DNA of 64,000 bases from Selaginella moellendorffii (taxonomy: Eukaryota; Plantae; Lycopodiophyta), in the NCBI RefSeq assembly GCF_000143415.4, contig NW_003314296.1:186001-250000 (forward strand), written 5' to 3'. A program made the translations under genes and the position numbers. A model generated the notes under the pieces. The model ran no database searches, was not told the origin of the DNA, and saw nothing but the letters and a program-made list of their open reading frames with translations. Below are positions 12,140-24,000 of the stretch, one piece after another (the first letter of the stretch is position 1; each line of letters starts with the position of its first letter).

Positions 12140-12432
12140 ATAAATGAAGACAAATAAATTGAAACGAATTGAAAAGAATTGAAAAGAATTCAAACTATTA
12201 AATGAAGACAAAAAATTTAAAATGAATTAAAACAAAGAAAATGATTGGCCCAGAAATACTTTGAGCAGTGTTTTAGGGTTCTAGAATATGGGCATAAAAT
12301 GGCTGTAAATGCCATTTTTTCATTTTAATTCGTTTTAATTTGTTTTAATTCGTTTTTCTTCATTTGATTTCATTTAATTTCATTTGATTTTGTCTGAATT
12401 CTTTTAAATGCATTTCAATTTATTTCAATTTT
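12140..12432. repeat. AT-rich imperfect inverted repeat (foldback/MITE-like)
   Basis: GAATTGAAAA-type units at 12155-12240 are mirrored by TTTTAATTC/TTTCAATT units at 12320-12430. Confidence 0.35.
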
Positions 12433-13758
12433 AAAATAATTTTTACTAATTAAACACCATATTTTACTTTGATACAATATCCAGAAAAAATGAATAAGGA
12501 TGAGGAAAAAAAACAAACAAACTAGTAGTTCACTAAATACTAAATTTGTGAATATCTTTAAAACATACTTTAGATAATATTATAAGGCATCAAACAGTTT
12601 CTCTAAATAGCCCTTATTGCATGAAGTAATAATAAATCTATACATAAAACTATATAGATAACTGATATTTGTTTCAATGCATTACCCACAACTTGAAAAA
12701 ATAATCTTTGATGGATTTGAACAGCTTTGAGATGTCTCTCTAGGTCTCATGGATGTCTTCTCTCATTTCACATCTAACCAACCATAAATGAAACATTGTT
12801 CACATTTAGTTTGAAATGGAAAGAATAATGGTATACCATTCTAAGCAAGGGATTTCTGGTTTATTTAAGCAAAATCTGTATGGGGATTAAGATGGTAGTG
12901 ATAGAATATGCTTAGATATTCTGGGATATTTTACCATCCAATGGTTATACTTAATTTATATTTGATTTATAAATTATAAACACCTTTATAATTATTAATC
13001 AATTGGATTATTAAAAAACTAAATAATAAATATATTATTATTAAGTAAACCAAGTGTTGTTGCATGCACTATACAGCAAATTATTAATATATAAATAATT
13101 TAAAAATGTTTTAGTTATTATTTAAACCATTGAGATTTCAATAATTTCAACCATAAAACTAAAACTTTACTTAATCACTCCTACTATTAGTTTATGTTTC
13201 TCATATAAATTACTAGTTATGTAAAAGAAATATTTAGAAATTTATGTTATACTTAGTAATTACAATTATATTCTTGCATAATATCATCACTCTCCACACT
13301 AGAAATATAAAAATAAATATTTTAAATTATTCAATATATGCATGTATGGTATATGGAAGTGTCTATTAGCCCAAAAAACTTAGTTTATATATAGGAGCAA
13401 TAGTACTCTAATTATTAATATATGGCATTGTAGCTATATACTTGAATCTCACATCATCCCCTCTCAGAAAAATGGAAAGTAGTCAAGGTTCTTTAGCTAA
13501 TGGGCTGTGATCTGGAGGAACATTAAGAGGCACTAATGGATTTGAAAGTGGTGTTAGTTGCTTCTAATCCTTTTATATGAAGCATTTTAGTCATTACATA
13601 TGCATAACTTTTGGAGGATTAACATGTTGAATGTTATACCAAACTTTATAAACTTGTGGTAAAACTTGTTACAACATCTAATATGGCCCCTTCTATTGAA
13701 CAAAGAGTGTTTAAGATAAACCACATACCATAAGTTTTTAAAAATAGACTAACACTAA

Positions 13759-16700
13759 TATGAGACACAAATCCCAAAGCCCAGAAAAGGAGCCAAAAGG
13801 GTGCCACATGGCAATGGCTGAAGCGGAAGCCAAACGGGAGTAGTATATTTGGAGTAAGAGCCCCGACTCAAAAAATTGAGAGTGGGAGTGGAACTCTCAA
13901 CAAAGGGCTCAAGGAATGAGCACGAAGCAAGTAACAAGTGAGTTTCTAGAAAAAGGACAACAGGACCAACACAAGACACGTGAAAGTGTCAAAAAAGGAG
14001 TCTCCAAAGGAACAAAAGTTCTAAAAAATATAGTAGGGAGAGTGTGGGGGTTAGACCCCAATGGAGCTAGTTTGGCCAAGAAAGGCCAGTTTAGCTTTAA
14101 GTATAAGTTGGTGCACTAGCATGGAGAGTCATGCCAGGCATCCTGTGTGGTGCTGTTTGTAGATGCATATATGGAGGTTAGGTTCAAGTCCCAACTCTTT
14201 AGTGCTTGGGTTTTCATTAGGGTGAGGTGATGGTTTGGAATATGAGGACACTTATTTTTCAGTAGTTATAAACTCTTAATAAGGAGACTAGCTTGGGCAT
14301 ATCACCAAGCAGGGGATGCCTCGAAGTCGTGATGCATGATTAGATTGCTTAGTGTGGCCCGATATATATAATTTGAACATTTTGGTGCGAGTGGCATCAA
14401 GGATGTGGTGAATGAGATGGGGGCATCTAGTTTCAGTTGCTATGGACCCTTGGCTAGAAGAGCTAAATTGAGTGCACCACCAAGTGTGGGGGATGCTTCT
14501 AGGGTCATGGTTAATAACTTAAAGGTCTGGAAAACCTAGGACCTATTTGCAAACCTATTAAGGTGTCAAGGTTAGATCACTAGGTGATCTTATGGCTAAA
14601 ACAAAGACAAGGTCCTTGTGAGGTTAAGGAATAAGGTTCCTATTTCAAAGTATTAATTTTAACTATTGATGATGGTATGGCTTGGTCGAGGTGACCAAAC
14701 GGGAAGAACACCTAAGGGAAATGAGTTGTGTCAATGTGATGGTATAGTGAGTCTAGAGAAAATAATTTCTATAAAAGACTTATAGGAGGGTCACAAAGTT
14801 GGGCTATAGATGGAGCCCATAAAAAAAAATGTTAAAGAGATGTACTAAAGGTGAACATCTTCTAGACTTGGCAAAGTAAAGTCTTTGTTATGGAACCGAA
14901 AGGATACTTCGAGAATGGAGGTAATGATCCTATGTTGCTAGGTGTAACAATTAAAGTATAGGAGCAAAAGACTAGTGGCCAACTTTGGGCCATGGAATTC
15001 ATTGGAAAGAATCTAAATGGAAAAGTTAGACAAGGAACGCTTATATGTTTAATGCTAACAGATTGTGAAAAAGGAAATATATATCTGAGGATGGATTTCT
15101 AAATGCTCCAATCTGACAAAGTGAAAATTCCAAAGCAGGGAGCAGCAAAGTAGTCAAATGATAGGGCTGTGGACAACTTTAACATAAAATATGGAAAAAT
15201 AAAATTTAGTGTCTAGAGTGGCACAAAATAGGAGAGAGGGTGATGGTGGCCCTCAAGTAGAAAACTTCCTAGGATGGGGAAGTGGAATTTGCACAATATG
15301 TGCAATGTAAGGTGTCAGAAACACCTAGAAAATTGACTTTGACAAGTCAAATTTAAGAATTCAAAAGTGCAAAGGTTATATCGATAATACTTGAGAATGA
15401 GTAGTGAGATTGAGATAGAAAAGGTGTCTCTAACAGGTTTAGCAAGAATTAAACCAATAAAAGGAGAGAACCACCACAAATGGTCGAATGAATCTTTATG
15501 TTATAGAGATTATGCTCCTTAAAGGATGAATAAGGCATGGGCAGCCTTCAATGTCAAACCATTAACAAATATTGGCTAGGTGCCAAAGATGGAAAGGGTA
15601 ATATATATTGATATTACTTTATAAAATGGTTTATCGTTCAATAAGGACATCAAACTTCGTGTATAGGTGGTGGAGTTATAAGACACAAATCCCAAAGCCC
15701 CAAAAGTGGAGCCAAAAGGGTGCCACATGGCAGTGGCCAAAGTAGAAGCCAAACAGGAGTAGCATGTTTGGACTAAGAATGCCGACTTGAAAAATCAAGA
15801 GTGGGAGTGGAACTCCCAATGAAGGGCTTGGGGAACAAACACGAAGCAAGCAACAAGTGAGTCTCTAGAAAAGGGACAAAGGGACCAACATAGGACATAT
15901 GGAAGTGTCAAAGAAGGAGTATGAGGAAGAGTCCCAGATGGACCCGAGGAGGAGTCTAAGATGGACCCGAAATGCAGTCCGAGATGGGTCCGAAATGGAC
16001 TATGAGATGGATCTGAAATGGAATCTGAGATGGAGTTTGAGATGGATTCGAGATGGAATCCAAGATGGAGTCTGAGATGGAGTTCGAAATGGACCCGAGA
16101 TGGAATCTGAGATGGAGTTCAAGATGGACCTGAGATGGAGTTCGAGATGGAATCCAAAATGGACCTGAGATGGAGTCTGAGATGGAGTCCAAGGTGGAAC
16201 TGAGACTGAGATCGAGACCAAGACTAAGACTGAGTCCAAGTCTGAGTTTGAGTCCAAGACCGAGACTAAGTCCAAGTCCGAGTTAGTTCAAGTCCGAGTC
16301 CGAATACTAATACAAGTTGTTGGGTGAAAGCCCAAAGCGATTGTCCCCCGGGGGGGGGGGGGCGCTGCAAAGGGTTCCAAAAGTATAGTAAGGGGAGGGT
16401 GGGGGTTGGACCCCCGTGGAGTTAGTTTGGCCCGGAAAGGCCAGTTTGGCCCCGGAAGGCCATACCCCACTGTTGGGGGATGGGATGACCACTAGGAAGT
16501 CCAAGGCTAGAGTGAATACGGACTGACAAGCGGGATGGCTTGGTGAAGTATTCAAGAGTTGGCTCTATTTCCCTCGGGAGATCAAATAGTCAATGCTCCC
16601 AATACAAGCATAGGTGGCACTACCTACTTGGATACCTAGCATGGCTCAATAGAACCTTGCTCTAAATCCATGGCTAGAGCACCTAAAGGCGGAAGGTGGG

Positions 16701-17332
16701 GAGAGTACCTATAAGGCTCGCATAGGGCCACGGTGTTCTAAATTGTTGTCCCAAAGTCTTAGATTGTGGAAAGGAAGAGGAATAGTCCTCTAGTGTAGTG
16801 ACCAAAGCTACAGTCATGTGGCAAGGTAGTCCCAAAGGATCGTGGGACTTAGTGGTCGAGCCTATGGGCCTTGATCCAATGGTAGTGTTGGTGCACACGG
16901 CCATGGACAGAAAAGGATTTGGTAGGGACTATGAAAGGGATATTGGGGAAGGCTGTTCCCCATGTTTGCGGGCATTTTAAAGATGCTAAGGAGTGGATCT
17001 AAGATGGTCACTCATGGACAAATGGCCTAGTTTTTGAGAAACGGGATTGCGATGTAAAATGGTGCTGGACCACCGGTGTGACCAAAGTGAATGGGCATGG
17101 CCTTAGCATAACGGGGGCTGGTATGTCGGTGGTGCCTTAGGGTGTCGGTCATGGGATTGGACACATGGAGCACTTGGACAAAGTGCAAAGGTTGAGTGGC
17201 ATGGATGCCATTCTCGAGGTTAGCAAGCCGAAGTCCTAAATTGGACTTATGAATGTTGTGAATGAGACTCCTCTAAATGGTTAAAAGTGTGGTTAAGTGA
17301 CTAAAGTAGAATGAAAAAATTAGTTGCTTACA
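13759..17332 (+). mobile_element. Internally deleted LTR element A (partial 5' LTR 13759-~14095; 3' LTR 15677-17332)
   Basis: Perfect 5-bp TSD ACTAA (13754-58 and 17333-37), ...GCTTACA end, and a PPT-like tract before 15677. The internal part is homologous to 21823-23390 in reverse. Confidence 0.85.
15935..16305 (+). repeat. 12-bp (GAGATGGAGTCC-like) and 6-bp (GAGTCC/GAGACC) tandem arrays in the LTR of A
   Basis: Direct reading. The same arrays occur at 21278-21607 and 26762-27135 (reverse), and a related array at 38605-38890. Confidence 0.9.
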
Positions 17333-18763
17333 ACTAAGTCATCCACTTTGTACTCTACACCTAGATGATGATAAGAGTTGTACCCACTTGTACGTGGCCA
17401 AATATTCAATAAACTCCACTTGGACAAGTGGAATAATGCTTGTTGAATATTGATCCTAAGACTTAATATTAGCAACTCGTGGTAGTCATGAAAGTAAACT
17501 CAACTTTATTGGTAGTATCAAATCATGACCATATAAAAGTTTATATAGTGAAGCACTAACAAAAGTTTATATTGCTACAATATATATATTTAAAAGAGAT
17601 GGTAAATATCCATCCCAATCCGAATACTAAAAGTTCATATATTTCACGATCATTCTTTTGAAGATTTGAACAAACTATTTCACCATGATAAGCACTTATA
17701 AAAGTGTGGTGTATCCCTAATCAAGATGTTAAAAATCCGAAATGCCTCAACCATAAATATAGGACTATTATATGAAAGAATCCACTCAAGATAGAAATGT
17801 TGAAATATCACTCAATTGAGAAAGAAGTACCTAATAATAGTCACTAATGCATTAGCAAAAGCATCAACTTCCACTCAGAAAGTTAAGTAATTGGAGGCAA
17901 TAATAACATACTCATTGCCAATAGTGAATTGTGGAAAAGGCCTTATTAAATCAAATACCATTAACTCAAATAGACAGGAAGTTACAATTGACTCCAATTG
18001 TCCTTTCACAACATAAAGGGGAACATTATAAGCTTGGCATTAAACACAACTACACATATACCAAATAACATTATATTGCATCTCTAGCCAATAGAAAAAC
18101 CCATGCAACTTCTCAATTATATGCCAATGTCTTATATACCTATCTAGAATAAAAGAGTTATGATAAACATAGAGAAAGTGTAAAATAAATATTAAAGGCA
18201 CCATTAGCCATAAATGATTATCATGATCAGTCCCAACAAAATAAAAAATAGTATTCTCAAGGTGATATTGAGAATATAAATGCCAAAATAGCAAATCATC
18301 AATAAATAATGCAAGATTCTTAAAGGCCTCACAAAGCCTTTAGATCCATAAATCAACTTTTTAAGCTTCATGAAGCTCATGGTAAATTTTTCTTTACACT
18401 TTATAGACACTAAACATCATGTATAATAACTATTAATAGCACAAGATCCTTATCCAAAAAATTCACAGATACTAAAGTAATAGGCTTATCAGGAACAAGA
18501 GAAAAGAGTGAAGAAGGGAGAGGAGCTTAAGAAATGGTATCAATATTAGCCATAGAACTCTTTAGGCAATGAACAACTTTGAAATCATATATTTAAAATT
18601 TAGGGCCCACCAAATAATATGACCAATCAAGTTCCTCCACTTCAATAATGAAGTAGCTACAACATGATCAACTTTTAGTAATGTCTAAGAACCATGTAAA
18701 TACGCATGAAGCTTTTCAAAACTCTAAATTGTTACTAAACACTCCTTCACTATTATAGAGTAC

Positions 18764-20442
18764 TGTAAAATCTTGAGTTTAGACTTCTCAAGAGGTCATC
18801 CAAGCCAGTACTATTGAAGCTCAAAAATGATTAACTCCAAGTATTCTAATACCCTTAACTTATTGGAAAAGAAGTGGTTGTTTGCTGCCTTGCTTTTGGC
18901 AATTGGCCAGCCCCACCAAAAACCCTCCTTGTCACACTCACCATAGTCATACACACACACCCCCCATCTCTCTCTCTCTCCCTCTCTCTCTCTTCCACTC
19001 ATTCATCACTATTGAACCTTCCTTCCTTCCTCCCCCCCCCTGACTGATTGACTAACTAACTAACTTATTGACTTACTTACCATCTCCCTCGGGCTCCCCT
19101 GCTTGGAGCTTTCCGGCCTGCCACCGCTAACACCCAACCCACCTTGGTCGTGCCAATATGGCTAATGGACGATGATCGTTGTTTTCAACCACCAACCAAC
19201 AAATTGCCGATCTAAGTCCTCTCCCTCACAGGCACCAGTTGTCTTCTTCTTCTTCTTCGGGGTGCTGCACTTGCCGCACCTCTTCCCAACCACCCTGGGA
19301 CACTCCCATCATCACCACCATCATCATCATGATGGCACCTCTTGTCTCCTCTACTTTGCTCTCTGGGCCAGGAGTCATCTTCGAAGAGACATGGGCTGGT
19401 GTCTACTACTATGGAGGAAAGGCTTGATGGTGGTGCACACTGCACACACTGGCGGGGGAGTGGTCCGGCCAGGAAAGAAAGAGAGGGCAAGGGCAGATTG
19501 GATGGGGGTCAGCTGCGGCATTTTGGGCGACTACCCAGGAGAGGGGAGGCCATGTTAGTCAATGGTTGGGTCTCTCTCTAAGAAAGAAGGGTGGCACTAT
19601 CTACATGGCGGGCGCTCAGAGGCTGATAGGACATAGAATGGGTCTCTCTCACATATACAGAGAACACTCTTGATGATAGGGCGGCGTGGATCAATGCATG
19701 TAGGGGTGTTGGGCCCATAGGGAACAATGGGATGTCAGAGTGGCCCCTTTTTGGGTGGGTATCATGTGGCGCACCCATCAATCAAAGCGAACTCGGCCAG
19801 CATGCACATGATGCATAGGGTGTTCTTCATCTTCTGTTGGGGCTATTGGCTTGCCTCGCCCGGTACAAGTGTGGCCCATAGAGCGCATGTGGCAAGTGAG
19901 GCAAGTTTTTACCCAGGAATGGGCTCTCCTAGGCTAGTAGTCGAGGTCATCGTGTGTCAGTGTTAGTAGGGTTTTTTGTTCGAGGCAATAGTGGGGGATG
20001 GTTTCAGTGTTAGTGGGCCTTTCCTAGGTACACTTTTATTCATGGGCCCTTTCTTTTATATTTAAAGCTCTATGAATCATCTCTCGAGTTATTCTCTTTA
20101 GTTGTTTACAATCCACTATGCTTTTTTGCAAGGTTAAGTCCTTATAAATAGAATTTGAGAGCCATAGCTTTCTCGAGAGCCCTTCTCTCTTGACACCCTA
20201 TCCCTCGGGTCAAGGGCATACTGGACCTACTAGATGTCATTTTTAACATATGGTGTAATTCTCCTAGTCAACTGATAGAGTTGGACCCAAGACTTTTCTG
20301 ATACTAAATGTAAAATCTTGAGTTTAGACTTCCCGGGAGGTCACCCAAACCCAAGGACACTTAACCCTAAGTATCTCAAAACCCTTAAGCAATTGGAAAA
20401 AAAGGTGCACTCTTATTCATGGGCCTTTTCCCTCTACTTACA
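18764..20442 (-). mobile_element. Small non-autonomous LTR/TRIM-like element C
   Basis: TGTAAAATCTTGAGTTTAGACTTC at 18764 and 20309. A 134-bp TG..CA repeat spans 20309-20442 with an adjacent tRNA-Met PBS-like sequence (TAGTATCAGA on minus). The left copy is split by ~1.15 kb of extra DNA, and the TSD is degenerate. Confidence 0.6.
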
Positions 20443-21069
20443 TGTAGTTTATCTCTACTAATTGTAATGTATGGCTAATGTATGCAATAGGATGGTGTTG
20501 CTTAAGCACACTCAAGCTCTCTTGCATTAACACACCTCCAAAATTAATATCAAAAGCATCCATGTGCAATAAATGTAGTTAGGATATACCAAAATTAGAG
20601 GAGTCACCACTAACTTTTTGAGATTTGTAAATGCCCATTCATAGTTTATAGACTAAATGAAAAACAATATTGATGACTTCAATTACACTTGCAATGGTGT
20701 AATATGATTAGAAAGATGATAAAACAAATGACTAAGATATTGCTCCATGCCTAAAAAGCATACACTTCAGAATAAGGAACTTTAAAATAGCCACAAGTAA
20801 GTCAAGATCAACTTATAAATCTTCATAAAAAATATGGTATCCAAGATAAGTCTTATCCTTAGATCACTTCAGCTACTTTAGGTTTAAACTAACTTCCCCC
20901 AATTCAACACTTTACAAATATTATAGATGTGCTTTTTTTACGTCCCCTCCAAATGGATTAAAACATCTTTGATAAAATCAGCAATCATCTCTAACTTATT
21001 GCAAAGAATCTTGTCCATCTATGCACCTCAAAGAACATTGTCCATCATACACCTCATTTATTAATCTGT

Positions 21070-24000
21070 ATTTACTTTAGTTTTGGACTTCCTAGTGGTC
21101 ATTTCATCACCCAACAGCTGGGTATGGCCTTCTTAGGCCAAACTGGCCTTTCCTGGCCAAACTGGCTTTACTGGGATCCAACCCCCACACTCTCCCTACT
21201 ATACTTTTGGAACCCCCTACAACCCCCTTCGGAGGACAATCACTTTGGGCTTTCACCTAACAGCCTGTATTAGTATTTGGACTCGGACTTGGTCTCAGTC
21301 TTGGTTTTGGACTCGGACTCGGTCTTGGTCTCAATCTCGCTCTCGGTTCCATCTCAGACTCCATTTCGGACTCCATCTCGGACTCCATCTCAGGTCCATC
21401 TCGGACTCCATCTTGGGTCCATCTCGGACTCCATCTCGGGTCCATCTTGGACTCCATCTCAGCTCCCATCTCAGACTCCATCTCAGGTCCCACCTCAGAC
21501 TCCATCTCGGGTCCCATCTCAGACTCCATCTCAGGTCCATCTCAGACTCCATCTCAGGTCCATCTCGAACTCCATCTCAGGTCCCATCTCGAACTCCATC
21601 TCAAGTCCCGTGCTAGTCCTCTTGTGTCCCTTTCTAGAGACTCACTTACGGCTTGCTTCGTGCTCGTTCTTGAGCACTTCATTGGGAGTTCCACTCCTAC
21701 TCTTGACTTTTCAAGTTGGAGCGTTTAATCCAAACGTGTTATGCTCATTTGGCTTTCGCTTCAGCCACTATCACATGACACCCTTTCGGCTCCACTTTGG
21801 GGCTTAGGGATTTGTGTCTCATAACTCCAGCACCCATAGACAAAGTTTGATATCCTCATCGAATGATAAACTATTTTATAAAGTAATATTAGCCAATATT
21901 TGTCAATGGTTTGAGACCAAAGGCTCATTATGCCTTGTCCATCCTCTAAGGAGTATAATCTCTCCAACATAAAGACTGGTTCGACCACCTGTGCTGGTTT
22001 TCTCCCTTTTATTGGTTTAATTCTCACTAAACCCTTTAGAGACACCTCTTTCTCAATTCCACTAGTCATTCTTGAGTAGTCTCAGTTTCCATTGATATAA
22101 ACTTTGCACTTTGGAACTTTTAATTTTTACTTCTCGGAGTCAATTTCCTGGGTGTCTTCAACACCTTGCATTGCACATTTTGTGCAACTCTACTTCTCCA
22201 TCCTAGGAAGTTCTCTACTCAAGGGCACTATCATCCTCTTTTCTATTTTATGCCACATTTGGCACTAAGTTCCAGTTATCCTAATTTATGCTAGGGCTGT
22301 CCACAACTTTATCATTTAGTTACTTTATTGCTCCCTACCTTGGAACTTTTACCTTCGCCAAATCAGAATAATTGGGAATCTATCCTTAGAAATACATTAC
22401 CTCCCCACAATCCGTTAGCATTTGACATATTAGTGTTTTTGGCCTAACTTTGCCATTTGGGTTCTATTTCAGGATTCCCATGGCTCTTTTCTTAGCCACT
22501 AGTCTTTTGCTCTTATCCATTAATTGTTGCACCAAACAACATAGGATCACTACCTCCATCCTTGAGATATTCTTTTGGTTCCATAGCAAAAACTCTACTT
22601 TGCCAAGTTTAAAGAGTGTTCACCCCTAGTAGGTCTTTTTAGCATTTTCTGTTATGGGTTCCATCCACTACCTAACTTCGTGACCCTCCCATAGGTTTCT
22701 CCTAGAGACTACTTTCTTTTGGACTCACTATACCATTACCTTGACATAACTCATTTCCCATAAGTGTTTTTCCCACTTGATCACCTTGACCAAGCCACAT
22801 CATTATCATTAACTCAAATTGATATTTTGAACTAGGAACCTTATTCTTTACCCAAACAAGGACATTGTCCTTATTTAGCCACAAGATCATTTAAAGATCT
22901 CATTTTGGCACCTTAACAGGTTTGCCAATAAATACTAAGTCTTCCAAACTTTTAAGTTGTTGACCATAACCCCGAGGGCATCCCCCACACTTGGTGGTGC
23001 ACCCAAGCCAGCCCTTCCAGCCAAAGGTCCATAGCAACTGAGATTGGGTGTCTCCATCTCTTTCACCACGTCCTTGGTGCCACTTACACCAAAGTGTTCA
23101 AGTTAGATATGCCGAGCTTTCACATTAAGCAATTTAACCATGTATCACGACTCCGAGGCATCCCCCGCTTGGTAGTGTGCCCAAGCTAGTCTCCTTACTA
23201 AAAGTCCATAACCACCGAAAAATGAGTGTCCTTATATTCCAAACCATCACCTCGCCCTAGTGAGTTGGGACTTGAACCTAAGCACTAGAGGGTCAGGACT
23301 TGAACCCAACCTCCGTATATGCATTTACAGACAGCATTACACAGGATGCTTGGCGTGACTCCCCACGCCAGTGCACCAACTTATATTTAAAACACACTAC
23401 AAAGTTCCTCTAAACTGCCAAATCCTCTCATTTAACAAATCTATGATCATGCATGGACTTGCCAATCTTGCTTAGCAAGTCATCTAACCAACGTAACATG
23501 GTTTTATGTATAAGCGTGAAAATCCTTAATCATTAATTTTCATTCAAAGCTATCCCTTTGAACACTCGAGAACTACTTCCCCAATTTTGATAGTATTACC
23601 TTATGACAAGCTTTAAGACCACGCTTCTACTGTGCCACTCTAATTTCACGCGTTTTATAAAACCATTTACACTTGGCTTTTTAGGTACTAAGCTATCTAG
23701 AATTGTCTTTGGGAACTTTGAAGGAACTCAGTCCCTTAGCTTGCTAAAGCTTCTCCTTTCGCAAGCTTTCTAATTGTTATATGGTCTAACATGGATAATT
23801 CTATGATCTAGACTCTTCATGGCACCATAGTTGCTAATAGCGATATGTTTGAATGCCCACTTGATTCTCCACTCCTAACTGACATAACCACCCTTAGTTC
23901 GATTCTTATAGTTTGGTTCTATCCCCTTACTACTTGCTTTTGGCCTTACATATTTCCTTTAGCTATTCGCCTCCAGACTAGGAGGATAGCTTTGCACTTT

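Noticed and set aside
16320-16460. Hammerhead ribozyme/retrozyme in the LTRs
   Set aside because: GAAA hairpins are present, but I found no CUGANGA core with compatible stems. An Infernal scan would settle it.
18204-18410. Copia RT-like KLKKLIYGSK
   Set aside because: The surrounding frames read as gypsy RNaseH followed by integrase, so the match is taken as chance.
19144-19160. Partial miR171-like sequence (CGTGCCAATAT)
   Set aside because: The match is only ~11 nt and no precursor hairpin is evident.
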